A DNA stretch of 63,732 nucleotides, filler included, from a bacterium (lineage in GTDB: Bacteria; JAMOTN01): the NCBI GenBank assembly GCA_027062325.1. It is 3 parts of 3 records of this genome, joined end to end, with 100 filler letters (N's around TTAATTAATTAA, not from the genome) between each part and the next. Parts side by side here need not be neighbours in the genome. Positions count along the whole stretch, not along the records: positions 1 to 27,002 come from JAMOTN010000055.1; 2 more parts are not named here. One strand, given 5' to 3'. A model generated the notes under the pieces. That model worked only from the letters and a program-made list of their open reading frames with translations. It had not been told where the DNA came from and ran no database searches. Each line of letters begins with the position of its first letter. The stretch's first letter is position 1. The position numbers and the translations under genes were made by a program. Below are positions 1-9,393 of the stretch, piece by piece.

Positions 1-825
1 TTTCGGTTCCACTCGTAAGTTAACGGGAGAGAAAAGTGGTTCTTTTAAGACAGCGTATTCTAATTGAGGTTCTGGAACAGGAAGTTTTAATTCGTATACG
101 TTTACATCTTCTGGATCGTATTTAAAAGGGGATACCTTGATAATGGGGGGGGTTACAGTTGCTTTTTTGATGTGTTTAAGAGGTTTAAAGGTAGGTGCTA
201 CCTCTCCTTCAACTTTTAGTATTCCCAGTGGAGAGCTGTCTAGCATTACGTAATATTCTGCTTTAAACATACCGATTTTTGCTGAGGGGAGTATGCGCCA
301 CTTCAGAATAACAAAGTCCAATCCAATTCCTGCGAGTTCTATGTCCAAGAAAGGTTCGTCTTCTTTTCCTTGCCATTCAAAGCTTTTTAGAGAAAATGTC
401 ATGTTTTTAAACTTTACATTGGTGGCAAAGCGCAGTTTACTCCAACTTGATAATCCTCTAGAAGTGTGGCGCAGGAGTAGCTTTTCAATCCACACTATAC
501 GTTTTGAAACTTTGAAAGCAGCTCTTATGTTTTTAAAATTAGAAGTGCGGATCATTATCTCATGGATTCCTGGTGGTGTTTCTGGAGAAATTGTGAATCT
601 AGCAACTCCACTTTTTACTTGTACAACCCGTGATTTGAAAAATTTAAGAATTCCATGTTTTGCCCATACTACTTCTGCTGTGCCGTTCATAATATAATCT
701 GAAAGGTCGAGAGTAAATTCATTATTTGAGGCATAGCCAAGAAGAGATAAAGAGAAGGCATAGTTTATTGCTCCTAAAATTATTACTAGAACGATTAAAA
801 TGGCCGTGTGTTTTAAAGTTTCCAT
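1..825 (-). CDS. Hypothetical exported or membrane-anchored protein, 3' end beyond the window (not in ORF track)
   Basis: Manual translation: ATG at 825 preceded by GGAGG. METLKHTAILIVLVIILGAINYAFS... stays open for 275 codons to position 1, with a hydrophobic N-terminus. Confidence 0.8.
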   Translation of the reverse strand, partial: METLKHTAILIVLVIILGAINYAFSLSLLGYASNNEFTLDLSDYIMNGTAEVVWAKHGILKFFKSRVVQVKSGVARFTISPETPPGIHEIMIRTSNFKNIRAAFKVSKRIVWIEKLLLRHTSRGLSSWSKLRFATNVKFKNMTFSLKSFEWQGKEDEPFLDIELAGIGLDFVILKWRILPSAKIGMFKAEYYVMLDSSPLGILKVEGEVAPTFKPLKHIKKATVTPPIIKVSPFKYDPEDVNVYELKLPVPEPQLEYAVLKEPLFSPVNLRVEPK

Positions 826-845
826 AGTCTTCCTCCAACTTGCTG

Positions 846-1454
846 TCATGCAATAGAATTCAAAATATTTTGTAGAAAATGTTTATCTTCAGGTTTTACC
901 TTACCACTGAGCATACGTTTGAGTCTGTCAGCTGCTACGTTTGTTAATTTACCGCGGCGTGTAAGTTGTTCGATTGCTTCTTCATAATCTAAAGGTATAT
1001 CTTCTTCTGCTGCGAGGCGTCTTATAATTATCTTTGTTAGTTCTGTTAGTGCTTCAGGGTTACTTATATTATCTATGAGTTCTGAAATTACATCTTTAAA
1101 CATGGTGTTTTGTATATTTGATGCCCATAGTCTGGAATATTCATCGCGAGCACAAATAAGAATTCTCTTGTAATGTTCAACGGCCTGCTGGTGAAATTTT
1201 CTAAACTCGGTTCGTCTGCCTAAAATGTGAGTTTTGGGTAATTCTTGGTAGGATATGAACTCTGTGTAGTAAACACTCTTTGGTCCGAATAACTGGTTAA
1301 GCAAACTTTTGCAGGATAGCTTCCATCTGAGGTATGTTTCTCTCTCTGTTCCTTGAAGAGGTGTATCGTCAGTTACGGATTTGAAGTTTTTGATAACATC
1401 TGCTTGAGCGATTAGATCGTCAATCCAAGTCAATATTTTGTCTCTACCAAGCAT
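846..1454 (-). CDS. Hypothetical protein, possibly a degenerate DUF4145/HEPN-like protein
   Basis: 202-aa ORF with AGGAGG RBS. The YLRWKLSCKSLLNQLFGPKSVYY and IRRLAAEE...EQLTRRG segments resemble that family, but there is no RxxxxH motif. Confidence 0.5.
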   Translation of the reverse strand: MLGRDKILTWIDDLIAQADVIKNFKSVTDDTPLQGTERETYLRWKLSCKSLLNQLFGPKSVYYTEFISYQELPKTHILGRRTEFRKFHQQAVEHYKRILICARDEYSRLWASNIQNTMFKDVISELIDNISNPEALTELTKIIIRRLAAEEDIPLDYEEAIEQLTRRGKLTNVAADRLKRMLSGKVKPEDKHFLQNILNSIA

Positions 1455-1529
1455 TATTTTCCTCCTATTTGTTCATACTCTGAATTACTAAGCTTTTCAA
1501 ATAAATGATAACAAATAAGAATAGTTAAT

Positions 1530-1555
1530 AAAAAAGGGGGTGGCAAGCACCCCCT
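1530..1555 (-). terminator. Rho-independent terminator after tal
   Basis: Minus strand reads AGGGGGTG-CTTGC-CACCCCCT followed by a T tract. Confidence 0.8.
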
Positions 1556-1588
1556 GTTATGAATTTGAATAAAATCAAATTTTCAACA

Positions 1589-2239
1589 TTAACCTTGGAG
1601 TTTTTTCCAGTCTTCTAGAAAACGCTGGATCCCCACATCGGTGAGTGGATGATTGAACACTTTTTGCCATACTGAGAATGGTGCAGTTGCTATATCGGCA
1701 CCAATTAAAGCTGCCTCAACTAGATGCATTGGATGACGAATACTTGCTGCAATTATCTGCGTTTCTATGGCATAATTTTCAAAAATTTCGACTATCTCTT
1801 TAATAAGCTTCATCCCGTCGGATGATATATCATCAATTCTTCCGATAAATGGACTTACATAAGTTGCACCTGCTTTTGCAGCCACTAAAGCTTGCATTGG
1901 AGAGAATATAAGGGTGACATTTGTTGGAATCTTTTTCTGGGATAGAATAGCTACTGCTTTGATTCCTTCTTTTGTGCATGGAATTTTTACTACTACGTTT
2001 TCTCTGATTGAGTGAATCTCTTCTGCTTCCTTTACCATTCCTTCAGTGTCAAGAGAGATAACCTCACAACTAACAGGTCTTGGATATACTAGCTCGCTTA
2101 TCTTGTTTACAAATTCATGAAAATCCTTATGTCCCTCTTTTGCTACCAGAGATGGATTGGTGGTTACACCGTCGAGTACTCCCCAGTTCATCATTTCCTT
2201 TATCTGATCCAAATTTGCTGTATCTATGTAAAATTGCAT
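1589..2239 (-). CDS. tal: Transaldolase / fructose-6-phosphate aldolase family
   Basis: [18 protein letters not shown] (Schiff-base Lys), [15 protein letters not shown] and ASIR motifs. Confidence 0.95.
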   Translation of the reverse strand: MQFYIDTANLDQIKEMMNWGVLDGVTTNPSLVAKEGHKDFHEFVNKISELVYPRPVSCEVISLDTEGMVKEAEEIHSIRENVVVKIPCTKEGIKAVAILSQKKIPTNVTLIFSPMQALVAAKAGATYVSPFIGRIDDISSDGMKLIKEIVEIFENYAIETQIIAASIRHPMHLVEAALIGADIATAPFSVWQKVFNHPLTDVGIQRFLEDWKKLQG

Positions 2240-2282
2240 ATGCCTCCCCCCACTTTAAAAATTTTAGGACAAAATAAAAAAG

Positions 2283-2368
2283 TGCCGAGGGCGGGAGTCG
2301 AACCCGCACGGGGGTGAAACCCCAGTAGATTTTGAGTCTACCGCGTCTGCCAATTCCGCCACCTCGGC
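2283..2368 (-). tRNA. tRNA-Leu(CAA), CCA end not encoded
   Basis: Reverse complement GCCGAGGTGGCGGAATTGGCAGACGCG-GTAGA CT CAA AA TCTAC, long variable arm, GGTTCGACTCC T-loop, CTCGGCA 3' end. Confidence 0.97.
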
Positions 2369-2574
2369 ACTTACCAATAACCTAAATAATTTTTACCACA
2401 TGCCTAATTTTTTTTCAAGAGGTGAAGCTTTGTTTTGTGTGAGCTTCAAAATGTTATTTGTTTGGCTGTAAATTGGTATAGAATGAAATGGATTTATACT
2501 GTAAAAGTGCTGATAATACATTAAAATCATTTATAAGAGCTAAAAAGAAAAGTTAAAGAAAGGAGTGATAATTT

Positions 2575-3117
2575 GTGGAGTACTTTGCCAAAGGTGGTCC
2601 GATAATGTGGGTGATAATGTTTGTAGCATTTTTTGGACTGTATTTCCTAGTCTACAAAATTTTGCAAGCTTTAAAACTCAGATATTTTTTTAAAGAGGAG
2701 TTGCCGCAGCTTGTGGAGAAGGAAAATTTCTTTGAAGAGCTTGGTGAGCGTTGGAATGAAGTTGTGACTCTATTTACTGCTACAACAGGTTGGAAAGAGG
2801 CTTGGCAGATTAAGGTTTTCTCCGGAATTGAATTTGTTGAGACAGCAATTTCTATAAGTCCGCTTTTGGGATTACTTGGGACTTTCACTGGTTTGGTAAA
2901 AGCTTTTGGAGCTACAGCAACTTCTAATACGACCAAACTTGCAGAGGGGATAGCTCAAGCTCTCTACACGAGCATATTTGGATTACTTGTTGCTATAGTT
3001 TTGAGTGTAGCTTTGACATTTGTGGAAAAGTTGCTTGAAGATGTGTATATGAGAGGAGTTTTAATAAGACAGGGAGAGGTAGATGGATTTAGAGGGAGTT
3101 TGGATATGGAAGGCTAG
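2575..3117 (+). CDS. MotA/TolQ/ExbB proton channel family protein
   Basis: KGGPIMW N-terminus, SPLLGLLGTFTGLVKAF and LAEGIAQALYTSIFGL motifs. Confidence 0.88.
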   Translation: MEYFAKGGPIMWVIMFVAFFGLYFLVYKILQALKLRYFFKEELPQLVEKENFFEELGERWNEVVTLFTATTGWKEAWQIKVFSGIEFVETAISISPLLGLLGTFTGLVKAFGATATSNTTKLAEGIAQALYTSIFGLLVAIVLSVALTFVEKLLEDVYMRGVLIRQGEVDGFRGSLDMEG

Positions 3118-3157
3118 AGAGAAAATAAGATGAAGATTTAAGAGGGAGGGAAGAGAT

Positions 3158-4069
3158 ATGCCTACATGGAAGGAGGTATTTGCCAAGGGAAGAGAATTTA
3201 GTGGTGGAGTTGTTTTTGCAGGGGCTGATGATGAAGATGTATTAAAGGCTGCGGTTACTTTATTGAAGGAGTTTAAAGGTAGTGTTTTTCTTACCAGCAC
3301 AACCTCTGTAATAGATAAGGTGAATAGGGTAGCTGATGACTTAAGAGTTGAAGTCGATTTGAGTAGAGTTGAAGAGGTAATTTTGGATAATGAAGAGGAT
3401 ATGTTAAATGAGGCTGTTAAGCTTGCTTCTCGAAAGGGAGTTTTGGCAAAGGGGATGGTGCATACTGCTAAATTTTTAAAAGCAGTTTTTACCAAACAAA
3501 ATGGATTGCGCAGAGATGGTGATGTATTTTCTCATCTTGGAGTGTTTAAGTGGAATGATCCAGAAAGTGGTTATGAGAGAATAATTGGTTTGTCGGATGC
3601 TGCTATCAATCCCAAGCCGAATTTGGAACTTAAAATTAAAATAATAGACAACGCTGCTAAAGCTTTTGTAAGTATGGGATTTGAAAATCCGAAGATTGCT
3701 CTTCTAGCGGCTGTGGAGACTGTTAATCCTGCTATGCCGGAGACGTTGGATGCTGCTTATCTTTCTAAAATGTCAGATAGAGGGCAGATTAAATGGCAGG
3801 TAGAGGGACCATTGGCTTTAGACAATGCTGTAAATAGAGGGGCTGCGGAAAAGAAGAAGATACGCGGTAAGGTTAAGGGAGATGCTGATATACTAATTGC
3901 TTCTGAAATAGCAGCAGCGAATATGCTTTATAAGTCTTTTACTTTTGTCGCAGGATTGGAGATGGCTGGGATTGTTGTTGGTGGGAGAAATCCATTTGTT
4001 CTAACATCACGTGCTGATAGTTGGGAGCATAAAGTGAAGAGTGTACTTTTAGCTTGCGCTGTGGTTTAG
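3158..4069 (+). CDS. ptb: Phosphate butyryltransferase (PTA/PTB family)
   Basis: KGMVHT, SDAAIN, AAVETVNPAMP, EGPLALDNA, GDADIL and VLTSRADS motifs. Confidence 0.9.
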   Translation: MPTWKEVFAKGREFSGGVVFAGADDEDVLKAAVTLLKEFKGSVFLTSTTSVIDKVNRVADDLRVEVDLSRVEEVILDNEEDMLNEAVKLASRKGVLAKGMVHTAKFLKAVFTKQNGLRRDGDVFSHLGVFKWNDPESGYERIIGLSDAAINPKPNLELKIKIIDNAAKAFVSMGFENPKIALLAAVETVNPAMPETLDAAYLSKMSDRGQIKWQVEGPLALDNAVNRGAAEKKKIRGKVKGDADILIASEIAAANMLYKSFTFVAGLEMAGIVVGGRNPFVLTSRADSWEHKVKSVLLACAVV

Positions 4070-4122
4070 CTTGCACTGTAGTATAGTGTGAGATTAGGGG
4101 CAGTGTCAATGAGGTGATATTT

Positions 4123-6270
4123 ATGTATAGATTTATGATTAATCTTCTTGTTGCTTTCATTTTGTTAGTTGCCTTTACTAGCAGTGCGGATGGGGTCATA
4201 CTTCCTGTTAGATCCATTCCAGAACTTGGGTGGCGTGTATTTAAGATGAATTATCATCATGTAAAATTGGAAGTAAAAGGAGCAATTGCACGCGTTGAAA
4301 TTGAGGAAGAATTTGAGAATACCTCTAATAGGGAAGTAGAGGCTGTTTACTATTTCCCTTTGCCTCGAGAGAGCGTTGTTTCAAAGTTTGCAATAGAGGT
4401 AGATGGAAAGAGAAAAAATGCTCACATAGAGGATCAAAAAACGGCTCTAGATGAGTATTTGAAAATAGTAAGGCGTCTCAAGGATCCTGCACTTTTGTCA
4501 TATATTGGAGATGGAATTTTAAAGGTTCAACTGTTTCCTGTACCTCCACATGCAAAGAGAAAGATTTTTATAACTTATATTCAGGCTGTAAAGTTTGATG
4601 ATTACGGAGTTACTAAGGTTTTCAGCGTTCGTTATCCGTTTTTACTGGATAAATATGTAAGAGAATTTAAAAATCTTGTGATAGAAGCGAAGTTGCCTCC
4701 GGCTTACAGAGTGGAAGTTGATGGAATAGATGTTCGTAAAGAAAAATTGAAAGATGGTTGGTTTATTTCAGTAGAGAAAACAAAAGTGAAGCCCCAAAAA
4801 GATATAGTCTTCAAGTGGTACGCAAGCAGCATTAAAACGGCATTAGTATTGGCAAGTACGGGGTATTGGCATGGTAGAGGGCATGCTTACTTGAGGATAA
4901 TGCCTAACTTTGAATTTGATCCAATGCCAAGAGATGTTGTTGTGGTGTTAGATGTTTCAGGGAGCATGTCAGGAGATAAGTTGGGAGCGGCTGTTGATTC
5001 AATAAAGCAGCTTTTGAGGCAGATAGGAAGGAAGGATAGAGTGTTTATCATACCTTTTGCAAGTGGTGTTATGCCTATCGGAGATGGATTGATTAAGGTT
5101 GATAAAACTGCAAAGAAAAAATTGGCTCAAGAGCTTGATAATCTATTTGCAGCAGGGGGAACCAACATATACGATGCCCTCTACCGAGGATTGATTGAGC
5201 TAGCCAAGTCAAAAGATAAGGGAAGATTAAAGCTTTTGATATTTGTGACGGATGGAATACCAACTGTGGGTGAAGTTGATCCTAAGAGGATTGTTAGAAT
5301 GGTGGAGAGTCTTAATGCTGATGTTACAGGCTTTATTGTTGGGATAGGAGAAGATGTCAACAGTGTGTTGTTAAATAGAATAGCGGACACTTTGTCGGGA
5401 AAAGTGTTGTACGTCAAAAGTGATGAAGAAGAGGTGCGGGAAGGGTTGTTGAGAGTTTTTGAGTCAGTTTCGCGCCCAGCTATTAAAGTAAATAGTGCGG
5501 ACTTTGGGCTTATTCACGTTTATCCTCCTCGTCTAAGAGTTATCTTTGCAAAAGATCCCTTTGTTGTAGCTGGCATTTACCAAAAACCGGGAACTTACGA
5601 GGTTATGATAAGGGGAAAAGTTTTGGATAAAGATGTGGTGTGGAAGTTCAAATTACACTATTCTTCTGAAGAAAACCAAGAGGCGGCAAAAATGTGGGCA
5701 GAGACTGCATGTGCTTGGTTGCTGGATCAGATTAGATTTGAAGGTGAGAAGAAAGAACTTGTGGATGATCTGAAAAGACTAGCTGAGGAGTATGAAATAG
5801 TGACTCCTTACACATCTTTTTTGGTAAAGGAAAAGTTGTTGCCGGTTGCTTCGAGTAGAAATGTAAGTTTTGATTTTAGGAAAAGTGTTGGAAGTAAGGC
5901 TGTTAAAGTGAGTGAGGCTTTAGCAATGGCAAAGGGAGTGAGAGTTAACAAAAGTGGCTCATTTGCCTCGCCTTTATCTTTGGCAGAGGTGTTTTTAGGA
6001 AGAGAGACTAAAACTATAAATGGCGCCAAGTTTATAAAAACGGATAAGGGATATGTTCAACTTGGGAAAGCTGTTCCGCAGCATGTTAAGATAAAGATTT
6101 TCTCTGATGCATACATATGGCTTGTGAAAAAGTATCCAGAACTAGCTAAGTACTTACAATTGGGAAAGGTGAGCTTTGTATGGCGCGGAGTTAGGTTTGA
6201 AATAGCAGAGGATGGAGTTGAGGATGCAGAAGCTTTGGAAAGTGTGTTGGAAGGATTACTGACTGATTAG
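4123..6270 (+). CDS. Secreted VIT + vWA domain protein
   Basis: Signal peptide ending SSA/DG. VIT-type segment EEFENTSNREVEAVYYFPLP. vWA MIDAS DVSGSM, GGTNIY and TDG. C-terminal IVTPYTSFLV. Confidence 0.9.
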   Translation: MYRFMINLLVAFILLVAFTSSADGVILPVRSIPELGWRVFKMNYHHVKLEVKGAIARVEIEEEFENTSNREVEAVYYFPLPRESVVSKFAIEVDGKRKNAHIEDQKTALDEYLKIVRRLKDPALLSYIGDGILKVQLFPVPPHAKRKIFITYIQAVKFDDYGVTKVFSVRYPFLLDKYVREFKNLVIEAKLPPAYRVEVDGIDVRKEKLKDGWFISVEKTKVKPQKDIVFKWYASSIKTALVLASTGYWHGRGHAYLRIMPNFEFDPMPRDVVVVLDVSGSMSGDKLGAAVDSIKQLLRQIGRKDRVFIIPFASGVMPIGDGLIKVDKTAKKKLAQELDNLFAAGGTNIYDALYRGLIELAKSKDKGRLKLLIFVTDGIPTVGEVDPKRIVRMVESLNADVTGFIVGIGEDVNSVLLNRIADTLSGKVLYVKSDEEEVREGLLRVFESVSRPAIKVNSADFGLIHVYPPRLRVIFAKDPFVVAGIYQKPGTYEVMIRGKVLDKDVVWKFKLHYSSEENQEAAKMWAETACAWLLDQIRFEGEKKELVDDLKRLAEEYEIVTPYTSFLVKEKLLPVASSRNVSFDFRKSVGSKAVKVSEALAMAKGVRVNKSGSFASPLSLAEVFLGRETKTINGAKFIKTDKGYVQLGKAVPQHVKIKIFSDAYIWLVKKYPELAKYLQLGKVSFVWRGVRFEIAEDGVEDAEALESVLEGLLTD

Positions 6271-6287
6271 TTTTCGAGGTGATCTAA

Positions 6288-7112
6288 ATGAAAAGTAAGT
6301 TGTTTTTTTGTTTGATACTTAGTGCAGTATTTATGAATTTTGTGGTTTTTTCAGGGAGTAGAAAACCCATTTTGCAGGTTTGCTTTGTGATTGATGTTAC
6401 TGGTAGCATGTCTGATGAGATAGCGGAGGTTAAGGGAAGAGTGAATGAAATAATAGATGATTTTCATAATAAATTCTCCACTATCGAGCTGTCTCTTGTA
6501 GCTTATAGAGACAAAAAAGATGGCAGTATTGCTAAAGTTGTTGACTTTACTTCTAACATTAACAGTTTTAAAACAAAGATAAGAGATCTTGAGGCTAGGG
6601 GTGGTGGTGATATAGCAGAGGATTTATTGGCTGCTTTAAAAAAAGTTCCATTGTTATCGTGGAAAGATAAAGCTTTGAAGCAGGTTTTTATAATAACAGA
6701 TGCTCCTACTCACTGGGAGTATGATTCTTCGTTTTCAATTGAAGAATTTGGTAAGAGGGCGATTGAAAGAGGAGTTAACTTTAATATCATAGTTTATCCA
6801 CCTGGTACTGATGACAAAAATTATGAGCAACTTGCAAGGATCACTGATGGTAGGTACTTAGCCGAGGAAGAAAAGAAGGTTGTTTTCGGTAAGGTAAAAT
6901 CAGTAAAGACTTTAAAAGTGAGGTCTGCTGGAGGGACACTGGGAACTTTTATTGGGGGTGTAGTTTCAAATAAGGGATTGGTAGATGAGGTAATTTCTGC
7001 AAAGGGTGATGTTGAAGAGACTTCGACTAGTGAAAAATCTCTCATGGATAGAATTAAAAGCATTATAGAAGAAAAAGTGCGAGAAATGGATAAAAGTAAA
7101 GGGAGAGAATAA
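6288..7112 (+). CDS. Secreted vWA domain protein
   Basis: Signal peptide, FVIDVTGSM, VAYRD, ARGGGDIAE and ITDAPTH. Confidence 0.88.
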   Translation: MKSKLFFCLILSAVFMNFVVFSGSRKPILQVCFVIDVTGSMSDEIAEVKGRVNEIIDDFHNKFSTIELSLVAYRDKKDGSIAKVVDFTSNINSFKTKIRDLEARGGGDIAEDLLAALKKVPLLSWKDKALKQVFIITDAPTHWEYDSSFSIEEFGKRAIERGVNFNIIVYPPGTDDKNYEQLARITDGRYLAEEEKKVVFGKVKSVKTLKVRSAGGTLGTFIGGVVSNKGLVDEVISAKGDVEETSTSEKSLMDRIKSIIEEKVREMDKSKGRE

Positions 7113-7130
7113 TAGGGGAAAGTTGGATTT

Positions 7131-7433
7131 ATGAAAACAGGGGTGATTAATATGCTTAGGTCATTGAGAAGGGCAACGATTATGTTGGGAGTTGTACTTC
7201 TTATCTTAGGGATAGCCATGGTTGCTTTTGCAGTGGTTACGGCTATTGCACCTGAGGAGCCAGAAGGATATGGAACTCATTATCATCACAGACATTACCG
7301 CAGCAGGTCTTACTTTTTCTTTGGAAGATCAAGGAGTTGGATGTGGGGAGGATCTCATAAAGTTTCTAGTGGACTTGGTGGGAGAGTTTCTTCGCGATCA
7401 GGATTTTTCGGTGGTGGTTTTGGTGGAAAATAG
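7131..7433 (+). CDS. Small single-TM protein with His/Tyr/Arg- and Gly-rich tail ending GGGFGGK
   Basis: One hydrophobic helix followed by a low-complexity tail. Alternative start at 7152. Confidence 0.7.
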   Translation: MKTGVINMLRSLRRATIMLGVVLLILGIAMVAFAVVTAIAPEEPEGYGTHYHHRHYRSRSYFFFGRSRSWMWGGSHKVSSGLGGRVSSRSGFFGGGFGGK

Positions 7434-7506
7434 CTGCTAGGTTGAACTATCGACTCCTTAAATTAGTTGGATAAAAATAGTGGAGCTAAAAGGTGGATTT
7501 GGAATT

Positions 7507-9000
7507 ATGGGATTGTTCAAACGTTTTAAAAAAATTGAAGATTATTATCTTTTGTTTTTGATTTTTTTAACTTCAGGGTGTGCGATAGCTTGGCAGTTGC
7601 TGCTTGGAAATGTGGCTTCTTATCTTACAGGAGATGTTTTACTTGAGTTTTCTATAACACTTGCGACATTTATGCTGGCTATGGCTTTATCCTCGTGGTT
7701 GGTAAAATTTTTTAATGATGAGCAGTTAAAGCATGTTTTAAATGTTTCTGCAGCAGCTTTGGTAGTGTTGAACTCGTTTGCTCCTTTGTTGCTTCTTCCC
7801 CTGAAAGATGATGCCATAATTACAAGAACACTGTTTGGTTTTTCATTTACACTTGGTTTTTTCGTGGGTATGCAGTTGCCTGTATTGATGAGGTTATATG
7901 AAAAAGGACGACGGTTAGCCAATGTGGTTTCAGATAGTTTTATGGTTGACTACGTTGGTGCGGTTGTTGGGGCAGTATTGGTAATATTTTTACTGCCCAA
8001 GCTTGGTTATGTTAAAAGTTTTATTTTCTTCTCGTTGGCTCTTGGTTTGGGAGTTTTGTTCTACGATGTATCGTGGTTTGTAGCTGTAGCAATTGTTGTT
8101 TCAGCGTTTATATGGAAGGTAGGAGATAACACTGTTGAAAAAATGTTGGAATCTAAGTATGGAAAAACTGTTTATTTGAAGAGAAGTCGATTTCAAGAGA
8201 TAAGGTATGCTCAAAAGGGAAAAGGAGAAGTTTTATATCTGGATGGCAATGTTCAGTTTACAAGTTTTGATGCGAAGATTTATCATGAGAATTTGCTTCT
8301 TGGGGCTGAGTTTTTAAAGAATTATAAAAATTTTGTTCTGAAGTCTAAAGCAACTCGTGTAGCGGGTCTTGATGCTTTGGTGATAGGTGGAGGAGACTTA
8401 TTTGCAGCTAGTTGGTTGATTGCTCAAGGGTTTGCAGTTACACTTTGTGAGTTAGACAGAGAGGTTGTTGAGGCGGCAAAAAATTGGGAGGGACTTTTAT
8501 ACTGTGATCTTGATAGAGTTTTGAAGGAGACAAAATTCTTTTTTCAAGATGCTTATAAGTTTGTTTGGAAAGAAAAGAAAAAGTATGATGTTATAGTAGT
8601 AGATTTGCCGGATCCTCACAACTATGCTCTTGCAAAGCTTTATTCAGTTGAGTTCTATTCTAGGTTGTATGAGCTGATGGAGAATGAAGGTGTGCTTATG
8701 GTTCAAAGTAGCTCTCCCCTTAAAGCAACAAAGGCGTTCTGGTGTATTAATAAAAGTTTGAGAGAAGCGGGATTCAAAGTTTTGCCTTTGCGATTCTGGA
8801 TGCCTTCGTTAAAAGTGTGGGGGGTAAATGTAGCTTTTAAGGATTTAAAGCTTGCAGAGAGTTTCGGTAAAATATACAGGGAAAAGATAATATTTCCCAA
8901 ATATGAGTTTGAGCTGAGCAAGGGTGTTGAGGCTTCTTATATGAATTATCCTGAAGTTATTTACTACTATTTAAGGGAGGGATTTAGAAATGGTACTTAA
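7507..9000 (+). CDS. Membrane-bound polyamine aminopropyltransferase (spermidine synthase-like, N-terminal multi-TM domain)
   Basis: About 7 hydrophobic helices, then SRFQEI, LYLDGNVQF, YHE, IGGGD, ELD, DVIVVDLPDP and LYSVEFY. Confidence 0.9.
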   Translation: MGLFKRFKKIEDYYLLFLIFLTSGCAIAWQLLLGNVASYLTGDVLLEFSITLATFMLAMALSSWLVKFFNDEQLKHVLNVSAAALVVLNSFAPLLLLPLKDDAIITRTLFGFSFTLGFFVGMQLPVLMRLYEKGRRLANVVSDSFMVDYVGAVVGAVLVIFLLPKLGYVKSFIFFSLALGLGVLFYDVSWFVAVAIVVSAFIWKVGDNTVEKMLESKYGKTVYLKRSRFQEIRYAQKGKGEVLYLDGNVQFTSFDAKIYHENLLLGAEFLKNYKNFVLKSKATRVAGLDALVIGGGDLFAASWLIAQGFAVTLCELDREVVEAAKNWEGLLYCDLDRVLKETKFFFQDAYKFVWKEKKKYDVIVVDLPDPHNYALAKLYSVEFYSRLYELMENEGVLMVQSSSPLKATKAFWCINKSLREAGFKVLPLRFWMPSLKVWGVNVAFKDLKLAESFGKIYREKIIFPKYEFELSKGVEASYMNYPEVIYYYLREGFRNGT

Positions 9001-9280
9001 GCAAGAATTGATTCAGATGGGATTGACTATTCTTTGGGCACTAGTTGGTGCAATTTCTATGGGAGTTTCATTGGGAGTACTAATTAGGTTTTTTGATGCG
9101 ATGACACCTGTTAATGAGTGGGAAGAAGTTAGAAAGGATAACAGGACTATGGGTATAATTTTGGGAGCAGTTATAGTTGCATTTGCAATAGTGGTAGCAG
9201 CTGTTGTGATTGATATAAACGTTGAAGTTAATGTTACCAAGGCAATGGTGGATGCTGCGCAAAGTATGGGTGCAAAGTAA
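8990..9280 (+). CDS. DUF350 family membrane protein
   Basis: Two TM helices around FDAMTPVNEWEEVRKDNRTMGIILGA. Overlaps the upstream gene. Confidence 0.85.
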   Translation: MVLKQELIQMGLTILWALVGAISMGVSLGVLIRFFDAMTPVNEWEEVRKDNRTMGIILGAVIVAFAIVVAAVVIDINVEVNVTKAMVDAAQSMGAK

Positions 9281-9393
9281 GTTTTACTGTTCTGCTAAGG
9301 ATTTTTAAGTAATATAATAGTTACGAAAGCTAAAAATTTGTTATTGAGGCTTGTAGCTGGACAGTTAGTTTGAGATGAGAGGAGTGCAGGTGT

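Noticed and set aside
2283-2368. tRNA-Leu as an integration site; missing CCA; ORFs 2080-2317 overlapping it
   Set aside because: No integrase or duplicated tRNA 3' end was seen and the flanks are housekeeping genes. Non-encoded CCA is common, and the small ORFs are shadows.
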